Positions 40,033 to 52,061 of a DNA stretch of 64,000 nt are shown here, in pieces. The notes beneath the pieces were generated by a model. The model was given only the letters and a program-made list of their open reading frames with translations. It was not told where the DNA came from and searched no databases. Numbering within the stretch: the stretch's first letter is position 1; each line of letters starts with the position of its first letter. This stretch comes from Okamejei kenojei. Lineage: Eukaryota. The position numbers were made by a program, and so were the translations under genes. The DNA lies in contig CM069149.1 of the NCBI GenBank assembly GCA_035221665.1, forward strand, positions 32,054,001 to 32,118,000. Direction: 5' to 3'.

Positions 40033-41244
40033 AACAAATGCCCAACCTTAAGAATTATAGGACCAATTTAACTCGGTCAACAAAAGTCTCATTATTTACA
40101 AGTGGCCAAGTACAACGTTATTTCAAGATACAGCCCCAAAGACAATGCTTCTGAATCACATTTTAATGTTGTGGATATGATGGCCCCGCAAAAGCTGAAG
40201 ATAGACTTTGAGTTGTGGGAGAGACCAGATTCAAAACTCTTCTTTAGTTTTAGTAGGCTGAAATGTATACAAATTAATGGAATTAGGATTAAAATGCAAA
40301 TCCTTCGTCCAACTATGTTATGCCCATTAAGCCACATTTATGCATTCAGAAATGAAATTCTCACAATGATGTTTAAAATGACACTTTTGAAAACTCCTGC
40401 ATTCTTAACAGAACAAAGCAACATCAGCAACAAAAATAGAGAATGCTGGAATTACCCAGCTTGTCAGACTGCATCTGTGAAGTGAAAATAGGTTACTATT
40501 TCAGGTCGATGACCTATTGTCAAATGAACGCATCAGCTTTGGTAGTAATCTGATACAAAAGGAGAAACATGCCTTTGGAATTAATTATACTGCAAGCAGA
40601 GCAATGAGTTTATTATGTTATCTCCAATGCAAGCACTGAATCTATTGAATTGGTTGCACAATGATTTGTATTAGCAGGAACCTTATATCAATGTTGACTA
40701 GTTGGCATCATCTTAAGGCAATCTCATCCTAATTCTGCATCAAGGCAGCAACAAGTCAGCTGTGCTAGCAGAGTAAGCCCTCTTAAGATACAACTGGCTC
40801 ACCTGCAACTCTGCATGGGTGTAAACTTGGATTGGACCTCATTTTATAAAGTACATCTGCAAAATAAGTGCAGCAAAAATAAAGTTTGTATTGCCTTACC
40901 ACATTTGCTGATCTTTGTTTAATCACAGCAATTTACAGATAATTGGAAATAAAATTAACAGCGCTTTGCCAAAACAGACATTATAGGGTGACCCCCCCCC
41001 CCCCCCTCCCTCCCCACAATAAGTAAATGCAAGCATTAGGCACACTGCCCTAAGATCAGTTATAATATTTAAATCTAACCATTCATTATGTTGTTCCAAG
41101 TCACATGCATGCTTTTACGGCACTTCATCTTTTCCCCCCCAATTCGTGGATTTGTGCATTTGACCAACCTAAAGTGTCTCAAGTAATAAAGTACCAAGTA
41201 TGGCCCCCCAACATCCACCGGTATACTGCCAAAAAGGTACATAC

Positions 41245-41497
41245 CTGATGTGAAAAGACTCTGTGGTTCTGGTGCTGTTGGCCAGTCGTGTGTTGATGGC
41301 GATGAAGTGGGATATAGCAGGCTGTTGGGGAGAGGGTTGGGGTGTCTGAAGTTACTGTTGTCTGAAAAGAGGGACTGGGATTCTGCTGCAGCGCCTTCAA
41401 AAGGAGACCGCGCATTGTGATTGGATGAACTAATTGGGACAACTGGGTTGGGTTTTGTTAAACCTGGCGGTGGCGACGGTGTTTCACTTGGAGGGAT
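41245..41497 (-). CDS. CNOT4: CNOT4 exon (exon 9 equivalent), Pro/Ser-rich, contains PPPGL motif
   Basis: 253 nt, ctgttcacag|IPPSETPSPPPGLTKPNP...DWPTAPEPQSLFTS G|gtatgt; phase 0/1. Confidence 0.95.
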
Positions 41498-41934
41498 CTG
41501 TGAACAGACAAGTGGAATATTAGTCTTTACAATACAGATGAGACGATCCATCAACTAAAGTGCTCCCAACCATGCTGGCACACCAAGCTTGAAATGCATT
41601 GCACCCAGCACCAAACCATTTACACCATATGTGGAGATTTACTCAAGTTGAATTTAAAATAAATATTTTCTGATTTTTAAAAAAGGTCAATAAGCCTATT
41701 TTCTTCACAAAATGAGTTGGTCAATCCGTTCCACCATTCTAGTTCAATTAACTAATCATAATTCTTGTTGATTTCAAATGATGCGTGAAATCAAGTTACA
41801 ATTTCTGTTATTGAGAAACCATTCGTTCAATCCTTAAATGGTCAAGTTGTCATTTTGATTGTTCCCACTTGCTCTGTGATTACTTGACAAGAGATTTTTT
41901 TAATGCAACCCCTTTGAATATTTTTGTTTTAAGT

Positions 41935-42675
41935 GCGGTCATCATCCCCATGCCAACCCATCGAAAACACGGGTCTGTGCTTTCCACCTGAGGAACCAAG
42001 AGGCTAACCATCAACTACACGTCACATGGTCTGGAGTCCCACTAACACATTGCCCAAACCCAGTCTACCTTGGAGTCACACTCGACCGCTGCTTAACATT
42101 CAAAGCACATGTAGAAAAAAACTAAAGCAAAGGTGGGCACCCGCAACAACATATTGAACAAACTCACCACCGCCAAATGGGGTGCCAACCCAACAACAGT
42201 ACGTACTAAAGCCTTAGTTCACCTGCCTTGCAAAGGATGCTCATCCTTTGAATGCTAGCTGCCGCAGCATCACTGGTTGTCTTTGATCTACGGACATAAA
42301 CAACGTCTACCTACCAGCTGGCATTACTCCCCCAGACATCTGGAGAGCTGTTGCAAGGAGGATAGAGCGTCTGAAACTGACGGACAATAGACACCCATTA
42401 CACAACCATGTGCCCCCTCCTAGGCGGTTAAAATCGCGCAAGAGCTCCCTAACCAGCATCACCCCATTGGAAACAACACCAACTGAAGCTCACCTCCAGA
42501 TGTGAAAGAACAGACTAGCCACTGTCCCTATTTCCACCAAGATGGGCATACCAGCAGCAGAGCGCTTACCACCAGGTGCTGATGAACACTGGCTGAACTG
42601 GAGATGTCTCAACCAACTGCGAACCAGGATCGGGCGGTCAATGATGGCAATGCACAAATGGGGATACATGAGGGT
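41935..42675 (+). mobile_element. Ingi/Vingi-clade non-LTR retrotransposon fragment
   Basis: NPSKTRVCAFHLRNQEA..PVYLGVTLDRCLTFKAH../RNNILNKLTTAKWGANP..GITPPDI..RRLKSRKS..WRCLNQLRTRIGRS..KWGY resembles the Vingi/Ingi ORF C-terminal half. Confidence 0.75.
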
Positions 42676-43736
42676 ACAGATCAGAAACACTCTTCAGGAG
42701 TCAGGTGTGGATTTGACCACTGTCCGCAGAGGACTTCATGAACAGAAATACAGAGGCTACACTGCAAGATGCCAACTACTGGTTAGCCGCAAAATTAGGA
42801 TAGCCAAGTTATAGTTCGCCAAGAATTGCTTAAAAGAGCAACCACAGTTCTGGAAAAAGGTCTTGTGGACAGATGAGATGAAGAATAACTCATATCAGTG
42901 TGACGGCAAGAGCAAAATATGTAGTAGAGAAGGAACTGCTCAAGATCCAAAGCATACCACCTCCGTGAAACAGTGCTGGGGGTGTTATGGCCTGGGCATG
43001 TTTGGCTGCTGAACGGACTGGCTCACTTCATTGATGATACAACTGCTGATGGTGGTAGCATAATGAATTCTGAAGTGTATAGACACATCCTATCTGCTCA
43101 AGTTCAAACAAATGCCTCAAAACTCATCGGCCGGCGGTTCATTCTACAGCAAGACAATGATCCCAAACATTGATCCCAAACATTGATCCCAAACATCCCA
43201 TAAAGCAACAAAGGAGTTTTTCAAAGCTAAAAAAAATGGTCAATTCTTGAGTGGCCAGGTCAATCACCCGATCTGAACCCAATTGAGAATGCCTTTTATA
43301 TGCTGAAGAGAAACTGAAGGGGACTAGCCCCCAAAACAAGCTAAGCTAAAGATATCTGCAATACAGGCCTGGCAGAGCATCACCAGAGGAGGCACCCAGC
43401 AACTAGATGTCAATGAATTGTAGACTTCAAGCAGTCATTGCATGCAAAGGATATGCAGCAAAATACTAAACATGATACTTTCATTACATGACATTGCTGT
43501 GTCTGAAACATTATGGTGTTCTGAAATGGGGGGGGGGGGGGGGGGGGAACGATGTATGAACACTAGTGTAATTTCTACATGGTGAAACCAAAATGCATAA
43601 AAATGGCCTTTATTAAAATCTAACAATGTGCACTTTAATCACATGTGAATTTTTCTATTACAAACCTCAAATTGTGGAGTACAGAGGCAAATAAATGAAT
43701 GATGGGTCTTGGTCCCAAACATTATGGAGGGCACTG
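42676..43736 (+). mobile_element. Tc1 family 2 copy C, 5'-truncated
   Basis: Starts mid-transposase (QIRNTLQESG); right TIR ends gggcactg followed by TA at 43737-38; 13-bp unit tgatcccaaacat x3 at 43158-43196. Confidence 0.95.
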
Positions 43737-43950
43737 TAGACACAAAAAGCTGGAGTAACTCAGCGGGACAGGCAGCATCTCTGGAGAAAAGGAATGGGTA
43801 ACGCTTTGGGTTGAGACAGTTCCTGAGACAGGAAATGTCTCGATCCGAAATGTCACCCATTCCTTCTCTCCAGAGATGCTGCCTGTCCTGCTGTTACTCC
43901 AGTTTTGTGTCTATCTTCGGTTTAAACCAGCATCTGTTGTTCCTTCTTAA
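43737..43950. mobile_element. Inverted pair of Penelope-derived tails (hairpin)
   Basis: tagacacaaaa..ctggagtaac..ggacaggcagcatctctggaga versus tctccagagatgctgcctgtcc..gttactccag..ttttgtgtcta; ~80-bp arms. Confidence 0.75.
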
Positions 43951-44639
43951 GCAATAGTGTATAGATGTTGGAATGTCGTGTTACAGTTGTACAAGACGCT
44001 GGCAAGGCAGTGATGGGAATGTTATATTCAGCTTTGGTTGCTCTATTGTAGGAAAGATGCCATTATGAGATGCAGATAGGAAAACAACATTGTTTGAAAT
44101 GCATTTGGACAGGTTCATCAATAGGAAAGGTTTATAGGAATTTGGGCTAAGCAGGGGCAAATGGGATCGGCTGGACAGGGGCATCAGGGCGAGCATGAGT
44201 GAGTTTAGTTTATTGTCACATATACTGAGGTAGTGAAAAGCTTTTGTTGCGTGCTACCCAATCAGCACAATACATAATTACAATCGAGCCATTTACAGTG
44301 TATAGATACATAAGGGAATAACGTTTAGTGCAAGGTAGAGCGAGTAAAGTCAGATTAAAGATTGTCTGAGGGTCACCAATGAGGTAGATGGTAGTTCAGG
44401 ACTGCTCTCCAGTTGTGGTAGGAGTTGGGCTAAAGGGCCCAGTTTCCATGTTGTATGACTATGACAATAAATGTCTCAGGCTCGAGTAGTAGCTTTTACT
44501 GTGTCTGTTAAAGTCTTGCATCTCTCTGCAGCCGTCTTGTTCCATTACGTTACGCAGATACCTGCCACATCACTTTTACACAATTTAGTCCATGACTTTT
44601 TATGCCCTCCACATGGCTTGTACCACTTAACCTGTCACC

Positions 44640-44940
44640 TTCATAGAAACATAGAAAATAGGTGCAGGAGGCGGCCATTCGGCCCTTCGAGCCAGCACCG
44701 CCATTCAATATGATCATGGCTGATCGTCCGCTATCAATAACCCGTGCCTGCCTTCTCCCCATATCCCTTGACTCCACTAGCCCCTAGAGCTCTATCCAAC
44801 TCTCTCTTAAATCCATCCAGTGATTTGGCCTCTACTGCTCTCTCTGGCAGGGAATTCCATAAATTCACAACTCTCTGGGTAAAAAAGTTTTTTCTCAGCT
44901 CAGTCTTAAATGACCTTCCCTTTATTCTAAGACTGTGGCC
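44640..44940 (-). mobile_element. Young CR1 3' end
   Basis: catagaaacatagaaaataggtgcagga..ggccattcggcccttcgagcc is the reverse complement of the tail at 52600-52682. Confidence 0.85.
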
Positions 44941-45776
44941 TAATGAAGTCCTGAAACCTCATAAAATATACCTATACACATTTAATAAAAGGCCCTAAAA
45001 TATGTATAGACACCCCATCAACTAAAATTTAAATCTTTGAACCACATCCTCACAAATAATTCCCAGTGCACAAAGTTGCATCTTGCAATATTTATCCTCA
45101 GGAGGGAAGTTTATGGGTGCAGAAATAGAATTGTACTCATTCCAATGACAACTACTTCCAAACCAACAATATTTTTCATCTACAAAGAACTTGATTCACG
45201 TTACAATGGTGTTTTCTTCCGCCAAAAGTATTGGGAAAACAATGCACAATATGGACATGATTCCTTCATCAGATTCAGGTCACAATTCTTTAACAGTCAG
45301 AACAACATTTTGAGAGCATCTTCAACACCCGTGTAGCAGGTTGACAATTCACCAACAACAACTTAGCAACACCTATTAATAGATCTTAAATGCCAACCTT
45401 GGCACTGTTGTTCACATTCCAATAATGGGTGTAGGATGCGATAGTGGGAAAACATAGAACTAGTGTAAGGATCATCGATGTCGGTGTGCACTCAGTGGGC
45501 CTTGGTGTATCTCTAAATTAAAGCTAAACACTATGCCACCTTCATCAGTTAAAATGTCTTTTGACCAGTGGTCAACCATTGTGGCGAGGATTTAAATTCC
45601 ATCAACGGACGAGGAAAACAACTGGCGCACAAGAACATTTCAACTGATCCAACACAAATATTCTCATACATTTCAAGATCAGAGCTCGAGTCAAGTTTTA
45701 AAAAAACCCTCCACCATTTGTCTTTTCATGATGTAGTTAGGGAACAGAGACATTTAATTTGCCTATTTGAAAGCAC

Positions 45777-46433
45777 TGTAGTGGCCTGGACGAGGTCGGG
45801 AAAAGGCCAGACGCCAGGCAGGTTCAGAAGTCATTTAATGAATCATGGCAAACACACAGAACGCCCGAGAGCAGGCTCCCGGGAAACCACGTGGGCAGAC
45901 AACCAGTCCCTGTCCCTCTAGAGCCGAGGGGGGGGGGGAATGACCCAAGGAGTGGGCTAATCCCCAGGGACTGCCACAGGACCCCCCCAAGAACCAGAGG
46001 CACGAAAGGGACATGAAAACGCACGCGGCGACCAGCCCGGGTGCGCACCATGCCAGAACGGGCAACCAACCAACAGGGGCAGGGGCGAAGTAGCCACTGG
46101 AGGAGGTACCCAAGACGGAGGGCACCCTTGCTTACTGGACCGCGCTACCAGCACTGCCCAATCAATGTCAATATTGTCCAGGACGAAAGTAGACGAGCCA
46201 TGGTCCAGGATGCGGAAGGGACCCTCGTATAGCTGCTGGAGGGGTGCCCGATGAGCATCCCTACGCAGGAAGAAGAACTGGCAGGTTCAGAAGTCGTTTA
46301 ATGAATCATGGCAAACACACAGAATGCCCGCGAGCAGGCACCCGGGAAACCCCGTGGGCAGACAATCGGCCACGTCCCTCAAGAGCCGAGGGGGATGACC
46401 CAAGGAGTGGCCTAACCCCCAGGGCCCACCACA
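45777..46433 (-). mobile_element. Internally deleted Gypsy-type LTR element (657 bp)
   Basis: TG..CA termini; 4-bp TSD GCAC (45773-76 / 46434-37); LTRs 45777-45978 and 46280-46433; G-rich PPT; integrase C-terminal remnant PLQQLYEGPFRIL..TRAGRRVRF. Confidence 0.88.
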
Positions 46434-46597
46434 GCACGATCTGGGCAAATATAGTGATTTTCCAATGCTTAGATTATATTGATCATTCACGGGACAGGCA
46501 ATGAAGTGGGAGAAACAGTTAAATAATAAAGCACTTGCTTATGGCGAGGTCCTTAATTAACTAGAAATATTTGATAGCAAATCCAAATGTAACTTAC

Positions 46598-46655
46598 CTG
46601 TTGTAAATTATCACCATTTCCTAAACTGAGTGTTTCAGGTGGTTTATCCACTGGC
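46598..46655 (-). CDS. CNOT4: CNOT4 exon (exon 8 equivalent)
   Basis: 58 nt, tttgttttgcag|G PVDKPPETLSLGNGDNLQQ|gtaagt; phase 2/0 fits both neighbours. Confidence 0.94.
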
Positions 46656-47619
46656 CTGCAAAACAAACAAATTGCGACAAGTTGATCATTTGATCTCAGT
46701 TGTCCTTGGTGTACATGTGTGCTTAGTTTCAATAGCTTCTTTAAAAGAAACAAGAAAAAAGGGGCCAATGCTTACAGTGGACCCCACCAACACTTAAGGA
46801 AGCAAAATGACAGGTGTGGAAAAATATAAAATCAGTGGGAGTGTGTTATGCTCATGCTCTTTAAACAAGTTAAAACAGCAATAAACAACCAACACAATGT
46901 GCCCGACTCATCTGTAATTTGGTTTGTAAAGTGCAAAAGTTGATAAATGGCATAAAGAGGGAAAGATTCCAGCAGCACCTTGCACTTCAGGTATCTGATT
47001 TTGTTTGATTTTAACTTTAATTACTTAACAATTGGCACTTGATAAATTTTGTTTAAGGTAAATAAATAGTGTGTCACTGATCATACCAAGCAAACGGCAA
47101 GACTTCGATAGATGGAGACTGACCCGCTTTAATTCAAGTTTTTTTATTGAAGAATTCATCCACATCCATGAAGAATTCATGCAGGTTTTGCTCCTTTTCG
47201 CACAAGTGATGACCAACACAAAATAAATCTAATTAACCTAGAATCTGAGGCTTAACTGAATATTCAGATAGTTACACCATATTTATTCTTCCTATGCTTG
47301 CAGACGGAAGCATTTACAACTTCTATTGACAATAGAGTAGGAGTCATGATATTGGATCAGTTCCAAAGCAGTTCAATTCCATTCTCTATGATCAATACAT
47401 TGATCGTTCAAGATTTCAAGAGGGGTTATTTGTCATGTGCATATATGTCATATCAACCAGAACAATGCAGCAGTTCTGTAGGTGCATTAGTTGCAACAAC
47501 AATTTCTAAACGATAGGACAAAAACCAATGTGAATCAATCATGTTAGTGCAAAGTCCACAGTGGCTCACTGGTGGGGTAAGGTTATGTGAAGTATTCAAA
47601 GCTCTGTTCACAGATTATG

Positions 47620-50600
47620 CTGTCTAAAAGGAACGGTACATAAATGCACAATAAACAGGGTTTGTGATCACAAAACAACATATTTTTTGCAACTTTTGGA
47701 GCAAAATCCATAACAAGAATGAGTGCAGGTGGGGAGAGGGGGACATCATAAGGCATGCAGTCTCAATGGATGAGTGAAAATTGTTTCAGGAGACTTCCGT
47801 TTTTCCATTGAGGTATAGGTATAGGTCCAAAGACATTGCCAGCTCTTCGCACCTCAATTAGATGGTTACTTTTCAAGTGAAAAATGTGTTTTGGAGACTG
47901 TCACGGAGTGCCACAGTAGCCCCATCCAAAATACTGTACTTGGTCAATATTCAAATATGAACTTCATAGTAGGTGCGACTTCCTGGCTCCAAGAAACTGA
48001 AGAGAATTGATAGTTGGCCAGATTTGCTGCGATATCAGCCAAGAATGAAACCCAAGACATTCCAATTAGTGTAGCTTTCTCCCATAACCAACAAGCGATC
48101 GAGAAAATCTAACGTTTGGCAGAGAATCCTTACTCATCAGAAGAAGGTGGTATTTTTATCTGACAATATGTTGTTGGGAGTTCAAAATGATTCAGACTTG
48201 ATGTTAAAAGTTACACGTTATAGGAACAAGTCGTGAGAAAACAGATTATGACTCTTTGATTAATGTTCTCCCAAACATATGCTGCACACAAAGCTGATTT
48301 GAACTTGTGGACTACTGGGCCTTGAAAAACAAAAAAACTATTATGTTGACCCTCCATCATTCTGTAACAAAATGCCCACTGTGTAATCTTCCTGAAGACT
48401 TTTGAACTTGTCTGGAAATTAAAAATACTTCCATAAGCTCTTGGCAAGCATTTAGGATATCCAGTTTGTATGTGCATGTTGGTCTGGTGAAAAAAAACAT
48501 TTACAATATTAAGCCTGATTTCTGAACGGTTATGATTATAAACCCAAAGGTACTATGTACTTCACTTCTCCCTACTTCTTCCTGGTATAGACTACCTGTT
48601 CTCCTGCAAGTCAATAATGGATGAATTGAATCCCCCATTGTGGCTATTGTCAGGTCACTGGCTGATAAGGATACACAATGCCAACATTACATCTTTGACT
48701 GATCCCCTTTGGAAACCACTAAGTGAAAAGTATCTCTGTGATGCTGAAACTTATTGTTGTCAGTTTGGTAAATGCTCAGTATTTCTGCCGTTCTTCCCCC
48801 TTGCAGACCCTACAATAAATTAATAAAGATTTTTTTACCAGACCAACATGCACATACCAAGGAACATTACTGGACATCCTAAATGCTTGCCAAGTGCTTT
48901 TGGAAGTATTTTTAATTTCAGGACAGGTTCAAAAGTCTTCAGGAAGAATACACAGTGTTTCTGGTTTTCAATCGAACAAACAAGAGTCCTGGTTGATGAA
49001 TGTCACAGAACAGGTCCCGCGAAACAATTTTCACCCGTTTCATGGCGACTGTCCCCTGGACTGGACATGCCAATTTTATCAGATTTAGAAGGCTATTGTG
49101 GAAGATTGCACAACAGGCAGAGTTATTATTTCAGGTTAAAATTTTATACTAAGACAAACACCAAATGAACTGTATATCTCATCATGATTTAATGGATAGA
49201 TAAAAAGAGACAAGGGTCATCTATCCATTCTCAAAGAATTAAGTCAATATTCCAAGATATGAAATTGTAAAACAAATTGATAATCTGATTACATTTTGCA
49301 TGCATGCTGGATGCTACATAGATTTCACTGAATTAGCATTTCATTGAAATGCAAAAAAACTTAATGGGAAATCCATATATCGAGTTCTCCTCCTGTACAA
49401 CCAGATAATCAACAGCAAGACATTGGCTGTTTTTTTGTTTTTTTTTGCTATGTCATCATGCATCAAGTTTGCGGCACACAAATTCAATACAGCTTCGTAA
49501 CCTTCTGCATCATAGCTGCTCTGGCCAATGCAAGAAAAATCATTCATCTCTCTTAGTGATTCAGTATTAATTTCAGGAGGGCAGAGGAAGTTTGGAATTT
49601 TCGCAACATGGCTGTCTTCATCATCAAATGTTACCATTGCTCTCAACTAATGGCCAACTGAGAAAGAGGGTGCCAAATACCATGACTCAAATCGGACACA
49701 AACTCGTGTTCTCCTTCACCGCATTGATCCAGTGCCTGCACAATCCAAAGACGTGGATTACCTGTAGAAGGCACGTATCCACGTTGAAACATTGGATATG
49801 GCCAAAACTGTTCGAGCAAAATCCTCTAATGGCAGGATAATATTCAGCACCATCAAACCACAATCCTCTACATCAAGACATTGACTATACAAACAGTTCT
49901 AGCTGTTGGACCCCATTGCCGACATGCCTAAACCAGTCACTCAAAACAACCACTGTTTGCCAGGGACCAAAATGGAAATGAACCATCAGGAGGAAACAAA
50001 AATAACTTTAAGGATGTTCACAAAATTTCCTTCCAAGAGGTAATACTTTAAGCAACACATGGCAATCCCTGTCTGGTGACTACTCAAAATGGACTCAAAA
50101 ACATCCAGGAAAGCACCAACAACTTACTTTTCCATGACAAGAGTCAAGTGGCCATATACAAAAAATAGAAAGAGAGCACAACATTCTGAAGAGAGCCCCA
50201 TCTGCTCCACCTATGAAAGAATCTGAAGATTCATCTACCTCAGAATCTCAAGAACTAGAGTGGAAACCAACCTTGACCCCGAGGGACTGCTCAAGAAGAA
50301 AAAAAAACAAGACGTTAGAAGCACAGAATAAAACATGCCCATTGTATTCTAGAGCAAAAACTGCAGTTCGGTGTCACTGTTTCGGAGAAATCTGCTTTAG
50401 TATATTTGTAAAAAGTTGCCTCGGTTAATCTAAGAAATTATGTCTATACGCTGTCAACTTTCTTCAGTAAAAAAAAAAACAATTGCTTCTGTTTACACTA
50501 AAGTGCTTTACATTCTATAGAATTAGCTGAATAATCTGGTTCAAAAACAACTTCAATACATCTTTAGTGGTGTGTGAACCTGGTTCAGGTGCTACTCAAA

Positions 50601-50720
50601 AATAATTCCATGAGAAAGATAACCTAATTTCTGTCTTAATGACCCAGACTGAGAGCCATACTGTTAATCAAAAATCCTGACAAACTTAAAATGGACGATT
50701 CCTCAGATTTGCAAAAGCTT
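47620..50720. other. Unidentified degraded coding-like relic, possibly an old DNA transposon
   Basis: No match to the local LINE/SINE families; stop-interrupted protein-like frames; Cys-rich basic tail at 50213-50428; internal inverted duplication. Confidence 0.3.
48380..48955. repeat. Inverted duplication, ~125-bp arms (48380-48500 and 48830-48955)
   Basis: ORF track shows paired translations PKCLPRAYGSIFNFQTSSKVFRK (-) and PKCLPSAFGSIFNFRTGSKVFRK (+). Confidence 0.9.
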
Positions 50721-50751
50721 AGGAATTGTCCACTTGGAAGATAGTAGCCTG

Positions 50752-50900
50752 AGATTGTTTGTTATGGTCAAGTGTCTAATACTTCCACTTGGTGACTGGA
50801 ATTACAAAAGGAATGCTATTATAAGATTGTTTGTTATGGTCAAGTGTTTAATATTTCCACTTAGTGACTGGAATTACAACAAAAAAAATTGCTATTATAA
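50752..50900 (+). repeat. Tandem duplication, ~72-bp unit x2
   Basis: agattgtttgttatggtcaagtgt..gtgactggaattacaa..tgctattataa occurs twice. Confidence 0.9.
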
Positions 50901-52061
50901 TAGTATACTCCTCGGAGGAGTGCTCATAGCTACACTTCCCATCATGAAAATGAATAAAACTTCCATAAGCCTACAAATGCACAGCAAAGTACAGCTGGTA
51001 ATGCAACTTGCCTAAAGCAAAACATATTTCTCAAAAATGCAATTTAACGCGGTCAATGCTTACAATACCTTCAGGCTCCTTTCACAAGTGGCATGGAAAG
51101 AAATATTGTGGGCAGCTAGAGTAGTGCCAACATTTCACAGCAGCTCATTATAAACTGTAATAAAAATGCTCATGAGGTTTTTAATGCGTACTTTCTCACA
51201 TGAAATTCACTGCTAATTGAATAATATACCAAATTGTAGAATTTGGCTTTTCTTTTTAAAACATACCAAATTGGCCAGCAGCTGCAGTGAGGTATCAATT
51301 GAATTAGCAAGATGGCAAATGGAATTCATTCTAGATATGTATTTGGCCAAAGCAGGCTTTAAAAAAAATAATAATTGAGGCACAAAGAGACACAAATCTC
51401 TTGTGATGTATATAGATAATTTGTAGATTATTTGCCAAACAGATAATCTAAATGGCTACTTTCATGAGCTGAGGAACAGAACAGAGGTAGGGAGGCAATA
51501 TCTGAAATGTGTCGAGCATAGATGGTCACTACATGCAGCAAGCATATGACAGTTTTATGCATGAATACAGAGGCTGCAGATGCTGGAATCAGGATCAATC
51601 TGTGGAGGAACTCAGTGGGTTGGCCAGCTTCTGTGAAGGATTGAGGCCCTGCATCAAGAGTGAGAACAGAAAGGCAATAGGCAGTATAAAAAGAGGGAGA
51701 GTGGCGAGTCAGAGGCAGGAAAGTAAAAGATGAACCAAGGAGGAACGAGGGATGAAGGGCAGAAGGAGTCGATTGGGGGAAGAAGGTGGAGACACAGACT
51801 GGAGGGCGACAAATGGGAACAAAATAAGTTGATGATGGGAATCATTCAAGGGAAGGGTGGGCAGATAGAACCATGTGGGGAAGGGGATTGAGTGTATGGA
51901 TAAGAGAACAGAAAAGGGAGGGCCAAGTATGGATTGGAAAGGGAGAGGGGGGAAAAAACCCCACAGAAATTAAGGTTGACCTCATTTGGAAAATATAATA
52001 TTCATAACATTGGGTTGTAGACTACCGAGACAGAACACAAAGTGCTGTTCCTCTCATATAC

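Noticed and set aside
41075-41244. Extension of the 159-aa ORF beyond exon 9
   Set aside because: Lies past the GTATGT donor; similarity to CNOT4 stops there.
45817-46433. Direct repeats considered as a CRISPR-like or satellite array
   Set aside because: Only two units, with TG..CA ends, PPT and TSD: they are LTRs.
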